A DNA stretch of 64,000 nucleotides from Chrysemys picta bellii (lineage: Eukaryota), in the NCBI RefSeq assembly GCF_011386835.1, contig NC_088807.1:26846001-26910000 (forward strand). The letters are read 5' to 3'. The notes beneath the pieces are model-generated. The model saw only the letters and a list, made by a program, of their open reading frames with translations, had not been told where the DNA came from and searched no databases. Numbering within the stretch: position 1 is the stretch's first letter; the number at the start of each line of letters is the position of its first letter. A program made the translations under genes and the position numbers. Shown one piece after another: positions 53,794 through 64,000 of the stretch.

Positions 53794-55021
53794 TAGGGTG
53801 GATGAATGGGTGACAGAACTGGGTGAAACTGACTCAGATCAACAGAGGAGCTGGAAAGCCCATGAGTCACTCCCAATGACTGAACAAGCAACACCTAACA
53901 TGAGGAAACAGGGCAGGCAGAAGGTATGACCTCAATGGGAGAAGAACAAAGGAGAAAGGGGTGAAGTGGCTGGAATAACGTCAGCTGTTCAGAGAGAGAC
54001 ACAGGGCTCTCCCACCTGGGTTTCAGGCCTGCTCTATACTAGGAAAGTAAATCGGTGTAACTACGTCACTCAGGAGTGTGAAAAAACAGGCCTGGAAGAA
54101 GCAAATATGGTTCTTCCAGCAGCGTTGCTCAAGTGAGATGCGGCTCTGTCGTGACCTTCATTTCACCACGCTGCCCTAAGCACTTTCAGACGCCATAGGC
54201 CAGGGGACAGAGACATTGTTACCCTGTGTCACCGCAAATAGGACCAGCCTTGCGCCTGGAAGGGCCGTGGAACGAGCCTTCTGCAGGAGTCTGGCTTGGC
54301 CGGATTCGCTGCCGGAGCCATGGAGAGAGACAGAGATTGCTGCCTCTCACCATGAGGCCAGAGTTGTGGAGGCCACATGCCAGCCCCTGGGGGGTTCTGT
54401 GGGGTCTGGCGCACTAAAAGGGTCACTCCCAAGGGCGGGGTTACAGACGGGGCATTGACCAGAGCCTGGGAACCCATGACACAGGGGCCTATGTCCTTTT
54501 GTAGATCTGATCCTCAGTGCAGCCATCTTGAATTAGGGTAGCCTGCATCTGAATGGGGCAGAGGTGAGAGCCCATGCCCCATGTGCTTACACCTGCACAT
54601 GCATGGTCGGACAGCTACGATGCACTGCCCCGCCCCCCCCGGCACGGCATGCTGCCCCATGGACACTGGCCTGGCAGGTTGCAGAACCAGGTGGGCCTGT
54701 CCCACGGCTGGAGCTGCTGGCATAACTGGAGGCGGGGATGGGAAATCAAAGTGCAAGATGGTGCTTTTCTGTGTGTTGTAAGAGACCAGGGGAAGTGAGG
54801 GATTGCAAAAGAGAGAGGCGGGGGGGAACACGCATACCCCCCCCCCCCACCCATACACACATGCCCTCCCACACACCTGAGTGCTGGAGGCATAGGGAAA
54901 CAAGATAAAAAGAATAAACCTATGTGTATTTGTCTGACCAAGGCCAGGAAGATAAAAACAAGAAGGAATCCCAGAGCAGAGTAACACAAACACACACTGC
55001 CATGGAGAGTTGGGGGGGGGG

Positions 55022-55062
<41 letters not shown>
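55022..55062. repeat. (GATA)n microsatellite
   Basis: About 10 perfect units. Confidence 0.98.
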
Positions 55063-55063
<1 letters not shown>

Positions 55064-55164
55064 GTGTATGGAGATTGAGAGGGGGGATGGGGTGTATGGG
55101 GATGGATAGATGAATGGGGAGGTCTAGATAGCGGGGTGTGTATGGGGCTAGATAGCACCTATTC

Positions 55165-55383
55165 CAGGGGTTCTTAAACTAGGGGTTGGGACCCCTGAGG
55201 AGGTTGCAAGGTTATTACATGGAGGGTTGTGAGCTGTCAGCCTCCATCCCAAACCCCACTTTGCCTCCAGCCTTTATAATGGTGTTAAATATATTACATT
55301 TATTTTTAATGTATAAGGGGGGGTTGCACTAAGAGGCTTGCTGTGTGAAAGGGGTCACCACTACAAAAGTTTGTGAACCACTG
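55165..55383. mobile_element. hAT-type MITE
   Basis: Termini CAGGGGTTCTTAAACT...AGTTTGTGAACCACTG; degenerate TSD ACCTATTC / CTCTATTC. Confidence 0.65.
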
Positions 55384-56399
55384 CTCTATTCAATGCCATA
55401 CATCCCCAGCTATCTCTCCCCATACATGCCCCCTCGATCTAACTCCCAATGGTGATGGTGATGCCAGGACTCCATGTCTCCATCCCAGCCCCAGCTGCCT
55501 TTCTGGAAGCTGCTTTATCCAAATACAAAGGATTGGTCTCAGTACAACGGTAAATGGATGAGTCTCAGGTTGGACTGAGGGCTAATGGTCCCCTGGATCT
55601 CAGAATCTGTCCCTCCTGGCTGCTGAATCCCCGGCCCCAAGCCACTAATCTGCAGCTCTCTCACTTCACCTCCTGTGGAGCAGTGGCTCTTGGCCCTCCC
55701 AGTAACCCAGTGAATGTGCCACCAGGAGATGGGTCTGAGCCCAGACCCACAGGGTCTGTAACCTGGGCTGGCGGCTCCCCCTGGGGACCTGGCTTTTTAA
55801 CTCAGCATCTGGGGCTGCTGGGTTTATGGGCACCTTATCAGCCCAGGCATTACGGGATCAGCCCTGAAATCCAGCCCCTTCCCCTGCTCATTTCGCTCCA
55901 GGCCTCCTTTTATCCTTGTCAACAAAGGGCTCAGCCGCTCCCAGGCCTGGGACTTCCCCAGGCCTGAGCGACCTACAGGGCTGTGTCCATAGGGAACAGG
56001 GGAGAGCAGAGACTCAAAACAGGCCTCGCCCAGCACTGAGATGCAGCCCTACTGGCATGGGGCCCAGGGGGGCAATTTACACGGGGACCCCTTGCCGGGT
56101 GCTGAGATGTGGCCCCTCCAGGTAGGGCCCAGGGGCTGTTTAGATGGGTGGACCCCTCGCCTGGTGCTGGGACACCACCCCTCCAGGTGGGGCATGAGGG
56201 GACACATACATAAGGTCCCCTTCACACTTGTCTTGGAGATGTAGCCACCTCTGGGGTGAGGCACTGGGGCTGTTTATACACTAAGTACAGGCTGCAGAAC
56301 AGCCTATGAATGAGCGGTACACGGGCAATGCCCCCCACACCCTGTCTTGCCCCAGCTTCCCCGTCCTTCTGGGGCGTGGGTGGGTGTGCATGGGGGGGA

Positions 56400-56745
56400 C
56401 GGGACTGGAGGCTCACAGGAATGTGGGGGTGGGGTCTGGAGGTTCCTGGGGGTGAGGGGCTGGAGGCTGTGAGATAGGGGGGAGGCTGGAGGCTGGAGGC
56501 TCACAGGAATGTGGGGGTGGGGTCTGGAGGTTCCTGGGGGTGAGGGGCTGGAGGCTGTGAGATAGGGGGGAGGCTGGAGGCTCACAGGAATGTGGGGGTG
56601 GGGTCTGGAGGTTCCTGGGGGTGAGGGTCTGGAGGCTGTGAGATAGGGGGGGGGCTGGAGGCTCACAGGAATGTGGGGGTGGGGTCTGGAGGTTCCTGGG
56701 GGTGAGGGGCTGGAGGCTGTGAGATAGGGGGGGGGCTGGAGGATC
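56400..56745. repeat. ~85-90-bp tandem repeat upstream of the 56.8-57.2 kb CpG island
   Basis: Four copies of GGAGGCTCACAGGAATGTGGGGGTGGGGTCTGGAGGTTCCTGGGGGTGAGG. Confidence 0.9.
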
Positions 56746-57106
56746 CCGGGGAATGATGTGGCGTGCGGGGTCCTACAGGTGTGGGCGGGGGAGCGGGGGG
56801 GGGGGGGCTGGAGTCTGGATGCTCCTAGGGGATGCTGCGGGGGCGGGGGCGGAGGCTCCCGTCCCGTCCCGTCCCAAGGGTGGCCGGGGGCGGGTCTCTC
56901 CAGTATCCCCGCCCCGGGAATAGCCCGCACCTCCCGCAGGTTAAAACACCCGGAGCCGGGATCCAGCTGCAGCGCCTCCACCAGACCCTCTAGTTCCCGC
57001 GGACCCGGACCCGAACCGGACCTGATCCTGTCTGACAGCTGTAGCCCTGAACCCTCCTGGAACCGAATTGACCCGTGACTACCCGACCCCCCCATCCCTC
57101 CCCGCC

Positions 57107-57179
57107 ATGGGAGACCCCTTCCACCGCTCCCTGCTGCGCACCCCGCGTGGCCGGTTCTGCGTCTCGCTGCCCCCGGGGG
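57107..57179 (+). CDS. Putative first coding exon of an unidentified gene (MGDPFHRSLLRTPRGRFCVSLPPG...)
   Basis: Optimal Kozak GCCATGG in a CpG island, followed after 73 nt by a strong donor G|GTGAGT. The product is not recognised and downstream exons are not established. Confidence 0.4.
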
Positions 57180-58770
57180 GTGAGTTCCTGCTGGGGACCC
57201 CGGAGCCCCTGAGTCGGCCGGGCGCCGCTGGTGAGTCCGGGAACCTGGGGGGTGCCGAGAGATGGGTCCTTTCCGCAGCTCCAGGAGGGAAGGGAGGTGT
57301 CCAGGACTCCTGGGTTCTAGTCTCAAGTCTGGGAGGAATGGGGGAGGGGGGACTCAGGACTCCTGGGTTCCATTCAAGTCTTGTGCACTGAGGGGGCTCT
57401 GCCAAGGGGACGGTGTGTAGATCCCTCAGAAGCAGGTGCCTCATGTCCTAGGGAACTGCCCCCCACCCCAACCTGCCACGGGCTCAGGGGTGGGGGCCGA
57501 TCCTGTGGTGAACCAGGGGAGATCCCACAGGAACGGGGGGCAGGGGGAAGGCAGTTTTCTGAGTGCCCCTTGCCCAGGATCCTCATCACCCAGCAGACCG
57601 CACGGTGACGCTTATTACGTCTGCACCCATCACCCGGAGCCCTTTGCTAAGGGGGGGTCGGCCGTGCCAGGAGGCAGAGGCTGGCGAAGCATTGGACAGA
57701 TTACTCTGTGTCTAGCACCTGGCACTGTGGGGGCGTGGCCTATGGGGAGGGCCCCTAATGCGCCAATTGTGATTTATTATCTAATGTGACCCAGGCCAGA
57801 GAGCGTCCCCCGAGTATTTCCATCCTCAGGGGCTTAGCTGCTGTGTGCCACGGGCAGAGAACAGGAGAGCCCTGGGGGGCTCATCTGTGCCACACTCCAT
57901 GTCCCTTCCATCACACAGGGCCAGCGCTGCCCAGCCCGTATGTGGAAATCCCCCCACCATTCGTGTGGCAGTCTGGGATGGGGCGTCAGGGCTTCTTCTC
58001 CCAGGGCAATGTTCTCCTGTCCAGCTAGGCAGAGGGGGCCCTGCAGAGCCCTTTGTTTATGTACACCACAGGAAGCGGACGTTCGGTACCTGGCTGGCTC
58101 TGCCCCAGCACGCTCAGGTGTTTAGTCCAGATGTGCGGCCCAAACTGTATGTGTGTGTGTGTGTGTGTGGGCGACGACTGGGCACTTCTGGGGTCTAATC
58201 AGTGGGGCCACAGGCCCCCAGGGAAAGGCCAGGTCCACTTCCTCACATCCCAAGTTATTCGATAATATTTGCCCTGTGTTTTAGTGCAGATAAATGGCCC
58301 ACTCCTCCATGGGTGTGATTTCCTCCTGTAATTAACCATTAACCAGGGCAGCCTGTTTGCATAGCAGGAACCCTCCCTGCACTTGTAGGAGGTCAGGCCG
58401 GGGTCGGACACTGTGGGTTAGGGTTGACTGGCCTGTGCTCCCGTCTGTCTGTCTCCAGCGGTGGTCTCTCATTCTCCGGGCTAGTTGTCTACATGCTAGG
58501 TTAGTCAGGACAAGCTGTTCTGGAATCATCATTCCCGATTAATCCCACGCGCAGACAAATCCATTCCCACAGAACAAACTTGCGTAGCGCTTCGCGTCAG
58601 TATCTCTCGAAGTGTTTGCCATCCTCCCCCACCTCTGCGAGGGAAATACCACCAGCTCCATTGCCTAGCAGGCAGCGGAGACGCAGACAGGCTGGAGCGG
58701 CCAGTGCAGAGCAATGAGAATTGAACCAGCTGCACCAAAATCTCCAAACCACTGTGCCCTTCTTCACAGA

Positions 58771-59272
58771 GGCCATGTCTGCACTTGAGACCTTACAGCG
58801 GCACAGCTGTACCGCTCAGCAGCGCTGCTCTAAGGTCTCCCGTGTATCCGCTCTGTGCTGGCAGGAGAGAGCTCTCCTGTCAGCCTAATTAAACCACCCC
58901 CAACGAGCAGCGGTAGCTGTCATCAGGAGAAAAACAACAAGGAATCTGGTGGCACCTTAAAGACTAACAGATTTATTTGGGCATAAGCTTTCGTGAGTAA
59001 AAACCTCACTTCTTCGGTTTTTACTCACGAAAGCTTATGCCCAAATAAATCTGTTAGTCTTTAAGGTGCCACCAGACTCCTTGTTGTTTTTGTAGATACA
59101 GACTAACACGGCTACCCCCGATACTTGTCATCAGGAGAGTGTCTCCTGCCCACATAGCATTGTCCACACCGGCGCTTCTGTCAGTGCAATTTATGTTGTT
59201 CAGAGGGATTTTTTTTCACATCCCCTGAGTGACATAAGTTATACCAACAAAAGTGCTAGTGTAGACATGGCC
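58771..59272. mobile_element. PIF/Harbinger-type MITE carrying a nested Penelope-like hairpin insertion (58931-59125)
   Basis: TIRs GGCCATGTCTGCACT / AGTGTAGACATGGCC (14/15). The insert is flanked by a 13-bp direct repeat TGTCATCAGGAGA (58918-58930 and 59126-59138). Confidence 0.88.
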
Positions 59273-59394
59273 TAAACCAGCCAGCAACAAGCTACTCCTA
59301 AAAGGTTCGTCTACATTTTAAGGTTAATCCGAATTAAGGGAAGGGAAGGCCATGTCTGCGCAGGGCAGTTAGTAAGACGTTTCTTACCATCAAT

Positions 59395-59640
59395 GGACGC
59401 AGGGACAAGCAGTGATGGGCTTAACCTGCAAGAAGGAAGATGTCGGTTAAATTTTAGGAAAACACTTTCTAGCTCTCAGGGTCGTTCAGCTTCCCAGGGA
59501 GGTCGAGGAATCCCCATCATGGGAAGTGTCAGCACAGGCTGGACAAGCCCCTGCCAGGGATGGTCTGGGTTTCCCTGGCCCTGGCTCAGCGCGGGGGGCT
59601 GGGCTGAATGAGCTCTCGAGGTCCCTTCCACACTCCTACG
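59395..59640 (+). mobile_element. CR1 LINE 3'-end fragment
   Basis: ...GLNLQEGRCRLNFRKT... followed by a CR1-type 3' UTR ending ...CTCGAGGTCCCTTCCA.... Confidence 0.7.
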
Positions 59641-59647
59641 ACATAGC

Positions 59648-59818
59648 TAGGGTGCGAATTTAAAGTGCAGTTGCTCCCTGTACAGGACACTACAGCGTCT
59701 ACTTCTGTTTGAAGGTGGAGTAAGAGGAAACAGAAACTAGGCACTCCTGTTCTGGACTGGCAGCATCCACACATGGAGTTAATCAGGAATAGCTGTCGTG
59801 CTTTAAATTCACACCCTA
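59648..59818. mobile_element. Small MITE-like element
   Basis: Inverted termini TAGGGTGCGAATTTAAAG / CTTTAAATTCACACCCTA (17/18). Confidence 0.55.
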
Positions 59819-60530
59819 TCTTAATCTACAGGCTTGTCTGCACCTGAGAGTTAATTCAGATTATCTCTCTTTGTTCTGTGCAGCGCCTAGCGCAATGTGG
59901 CCGTGGTCCATGACAGAGACACCACAATACACATTATAACAATGTGTAGATGCAGCAGGGTGGATGGGGCTTGTGCCTTCATGGCGGAGGCGCAAAAGCA
60001 CCAGGGGCTTTGGCTGTGCCGCTGCCTCTGCAGGGAATTGGGAAACCAATTCTATCAGCCACAATGAACAGTAAATAAACTCCACAGTGCAGGCCCCTCA
60101 GCCCTCGGGGCACCGAGACGCTGGCCTCGTCATGCTCCGCACTGTCTCATAAGCAGCCTGCGGCCTCTCCACAGCCTGGAGAGAGGCCCATGGGCTCCTC
60201 GGCCAGGGAACAGAGCTAGGCACTGGAGCCGCCCAGCAGTCTAGTGGTCAGAGCACTCCCCTGGGGTGCAGGAGAATGAGGGTCAAACCTCTGCCCCCCT
60301 CAGTGCAAGGACTGGCACAGCCACACCCCCATCCAAGCTGTAAGGCAGGTTGGGGTGTGGCTCCCCTGCCGAAGTGAGCCTGAGGATAAAACAGTCCTCT
60401 GAGGAGGGGACTGTGAGACTAGCTGGGATCCCACTCTACCCCCTGCCTATGAGGGACGCTAGGGCAGGATGTTTTCAGTTTCTGGCTGAATCCGATCCAT
60501 GCCGTGAACTGCAGTTAAAGTCTTTAGACC

Positions 60531-60775
60531 CAGGAATGGCGCAAGGTTTTTGCCGCCCTAGGCGGCAGCACTCCTCCTCTGAGCATTCGGTGGCAGGGGT
60601 CCTTCCGCTCCGCGTCTTGGGGGCACTTCGGCGGCAGGTCCCGGAGTGAGTGAAGGACCTGCCGCCGAATTTCCGCTGAAGACCCGGAGCAGAAGGACCC
60701 CCGCCGCCGAATTTCCGCCGAGGGCGGCAAAATGCCACCCCCCAAATCCTGCCGCCCTAGGAAGCATCGGCCCTG
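60531..60775. mobile_element. hAT-type MITE (245 bp)
   Basis: 8-bp TSD TTTAGACC (60523-60530 and 60776-60783); termini CAGG...CCCTG; same family as 14412-14626. Confidence 0.88.
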
Positions 60776-61044
60776 TTTAGACCCAGGGACTAGACCCAGC
60801 CGGTCTGATCTCCTGGGGACAAGCCAACCCCACCAAGCCAGCTTGCGAGTCACAGGCCGGCTGTGCGCCAAGGAACGTTTGTTTGTACCAAGAAGAACAG
60901 CTTCAGCAGGAGAGACTGAACCAGCCCCATGCCAGCGAGCAGTGCGGTGCCTTGGAAAGGGGAGACCTAGTTATTGTCTAAACCAGGCCAGACACCTAAC
61001 TCAGAGAGTTCTGACCCTGGGGGAAAGGCCCCGTATCCCCTCAT

Positions 61045-61675
61045 CCGTGTCCCATTCCTGTTCTTCCAGCCCCCACAGCCCAGCCTGTCCTGGGGCTGGG
61101 TTAGCCAGAGACCCCGAGGGACCAGGCCCCATATCCCATTCCTGTTCTTCCAGCCCTCACAGCCCTGCCCGTCCTGGGGCTGGGTTAGCCAGAGACCCCG
61201 AGGGATCAGTCCCATATCCCATTCCTGTTCTTCCAGTCCCCACAGCCCTGCCCATCCTGGGGCTGGGTTAGCCAGAGACCCCGAAAGACCAGGCCCCATA
61301 TCCCATTCCTGTTCTTCCAGCCCCCCACAGCCCTGTCCATCCTGGGGCTGGGTTAGCCAGAGACCCCGAGGGACCAGGCCCCATATCCCATTCCTGTTCT
61401 TCCAGCCCCCCACAGCCCTGTCCATCCTGGGGCTGGGTTAGCCAGAGACCCCGAGGGACCAGGCCCCATATCCCATTCCTGTTCTTCCAGCCCCCACAGC
61501 CCTGCCCGTCCTGGGGCTGGGTTAGCCAGAGACCTCGAGGGACCAGGCCCCATATCCCATTCCTGTTCTTCCAGCCCCCACAGCCCTGCCCGTCCTGGGG
61601 CTGGGTTAGCCAGAGACCCCGAGGGACCAGGCCCCATATCCCATTCCTGTTCTTCCAGTCCCCACAGCCCAGCCT
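61045..61675. repeat. ~83-bp tandem repeat (8 copies)
   Basis: Repeated CCCATTCCTGTTCTTCCAGCCCCCCACAGCCCTG...GGGGCTGGGTTAGCCAGAGACCCCGAGGGACCAGG. Confidence 0.95.
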
Positions 61676-62099
61676 GTTAGCAAAGAGCCAGCCACTATCA
61701 GAAGCTTTGGGCCACGTTAGGTACTTGCAGATGGTGATCAGGTCATTGCTTAGTCTCTTGGCTAAGGCCTGGTATAAAGGGAGCCTTCAGTGAGATTAGG
61801 AGGATGGGCCAGCCCTGCGGGTGTCTGAGCTCGGCTGACTGCGGCCATGTTACTGAGTTTGTCGGGGGGCACAGCCACACCTGCACATTGGGGTGTGTGA
61901 CATTACAGAGCGTGAGATGCTCAGACACTGGGGGTGGGGGCAGAAAAGTGCCTGAGACCTGGTTGGCGCCACAGCCCTAGATGGGTAGAACCGCGTCGCT
62001 CGGGGGTGTGACAAGCCTGCCCCCCGAGCAACATTGTGACACCCACCTCACCCCCTGCAGGCAGCGCTGTGTCACCAGAGCGTGTCTCGGGGAGTGGAT

Positions 62100-62330
62100 T
62101 AACTACGCTTTCTCCTGATGCTGCGCTTTCAGGGGAGACCTGCCATTCGACAAAACAGCTTCTCACTGAAAATCAGCTTTTCCAGCCCTCGGATGATCCT
62201 TGTCACTCTTTCCTGAATCCTTCCCAATTTATCAGCGTCCCTTTAAAACGTGGACACCAGAACTGGGCGAGCTCTCTTGTCTCGGGCTCACCAATGCCGT
62301 ATGCAAAGGTGCCACCTCCCCCCGCTCCTA
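62100..62330 (-). mobile_element. Old CR1 LINE fragment
   Basis: Resembles the reverse complement of the CR1 ORF2 C-terminal region (...GGACACCAGAACTG..., ...CTCACCAATGCC...). Confidence 0.5.
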
Positions 62331-64000
62331 CTCACTAGTGCCCCATTTGTACCCAGTTACTCCTTTTCGCCCTGAGTGGCTGGTCAGTTTGGGTCCTGGG
62401 GGAGGTTCCCTTTGGAGGCAGGATCTGATGGAGTCCATATTGCCTTTCATACAGTCTTGTTTGTTCATTCCTTGTAAATAAAGTCCTGCTTCTCCAAACG
62501 CAGGAGAGACCAGGAACAAAGTGAGCTGTTCCTTAGCTTGCAGCCCCAACCCCAAAAGCTCTCACTGGCTTTTTCCAGCATCACGCTCTGCTCACAGGCT
62601 TTCTTGCTGTTTGCTTCTGCCCCACTCTCTTTGTTCCCAGTTCGAGCCAGCGGGTTCTCCTTTCCCTCAGCCACACATCAGCAAAACAAGCCCCCTCTCC
62701 CCACAAGAGGCAGGTTTCGGGGCAGAAGATTGGGCCTTGTTTTAGGAGTGGCCCCTGAAGCATTACTTACAGCTATGGTGTGTGCTAAAACCTCACAAAC
62801 ACATGCGAACTCAGCCCATCCCAAGGGTTCACCCAGCTCAGAGCACCCTGGGCTAGGCCAATGACTTGTCTGTGTCTGACGCAGCCTTGTGTTTAGTTAA
62901 AAGAAAGGCAGCCAGTCATTATCCGAAGCCATGGTCCGCCACTTCCCTTGGTAGTTTGTGTAGCTAGATATTAATCGCATGGTTAACCATGGGACCACCG
63001 CAGGCACTCAGGTTCCGTTGGTATTTGCCAGGACACCCCTGCCCAGTTCTCTCCAGAATCACAGTCCAGCTACCCATCTTATACCTGTTCACTCCTGTTC
63101 TAAGCGCGTCTGTATCTGTTGGGCCTGTATCACCGACCTGGTGTTCAGCTGCATTAAAACGCCCACCCAGGTGTTGGTTGTACTAGCAATGCTCTTCTCT
63201 CTCCCTAGCCCGGGACCCTGGGGGGAACGTTCCTGCCTCCCCTGCCCGGCCCAGAGAGAGGCCAGCCCTGCGACACTGCCGGGAAAGGCCCCGTGCCCCA
63301 TTCCCTGCGGCTGGAGCTAGTGACCTCAAGATCAACGTGTCTCCTATTTCTGGCACTGTAGTTTCGATGCCTGTGGGTTTGGCTCTGACCTCAGGGGTTC
63401 ACGCAGCAGCGCTGGTATCGGAGCGTGCATCCGGGTGTCGCGAATTCTCCCTTAGGCCAAACAAGGGGCACTGGGGGTTAATTGCCTAGCTGCATATTTT
63501 AAAACACTCCTGTAATTAAGCGATTCCCCAAGGGAACTCAAGAGCCAGGGATGGGCTGGCATTTATTACCCAGTGAAGTGGCAGCTGCAGTTTCTGCTTA
63601 AAACCTGAAATCTCCAGAGGCTCAACAACCCACCCGAAAGCCAAACCATCCTGAAATGCGGCAGGTTGGGTTGGGTTGGGCATGGGGGGGGAAGGTTGGG
63701 AGGGAACTGGGATGCTGGTTGCAGAAAGAGTTCCTGAGTAGGGTGACCCCCCCCCAATATTAGGGGTTTTGTCCTATAAAAGACACTATTCCTGTCCGTC
63801 CGTCCCCCCGGTCCCAATTTTCACACAATACTTGTTTCCAGGGAAGTGAGAGCGAATCTGAGCTTTCCCCTGATTTCCCAGCAAGCGAGGGTCTTTCCTG
63901 GGGTGGATGGTCTGGGGAGGACATGGCTCTGTTAACGATCAGAATGTTGGTTCAATTTGCATTACGTTATCAGCGAGAGGCTCCATATAAGAACCCAGGA

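Noticed and set aside
57107-57179. G6PD assignment from GDPFHRS resembling G6PD GDAFHQS and from Xq28 synteny
   Set aside because: No similarity beyond a few residues, and no GASGDLAKKK motif or other G6PD exons were found in 57-64 kb.

Overview
Vertebrate genomic DNA, not prokaryotic. It is very GC-rich and packed with minisatellites. The repeat content (CR1 LINEs, Penelope-like GIY-YIG fragments, hAT/Harbinger-type MITEs, Gmr1-type Gypsy LTRs) points to a turtle or similar reptile; that assignment is inference. The region corresponds to human Xq28. I rebuilt spliced genes by hand from GT-AG junctions and frame continuity: the last 4 coding exons of PLXNA3 (+), complete FAM3A, SLC10A3, UBL4A and LAGE3 (all +), a complete 17-exon DNM1L/Drp1-like paralogue (-, 672 aa), and a possible first exon of an unidentified gene at 57107 (+). 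Best leads: (1) intronic minisatellites built from copies of exon ends plus splice sites; donor copies mostly keep GT, while all acceptor copies have lost AG. (2) A very young non-autonomous Gmr1-like LTR element with apparently identical LTRs and an open Gag(SCAN, CCHC)-protease-integrase-HHCC ORF but no RT/RNase H. (3) A second Drp1-family gene with a short variable domain. (4) A minor-spliceosome (U12-type) intron in LAGE3 with an atypical donor. (5) A core-intact Penelope-type hammerhead ribozyme motif upstream of the Drp1-like promoter. (6) A phased cluster of the orphan promoter motif WCTCNATGGY upstream of UBL4A. Two assembly gaps lie at 10410-10538 and 11655-11820. Comparisons with human proteins are from memory; no searches were run.
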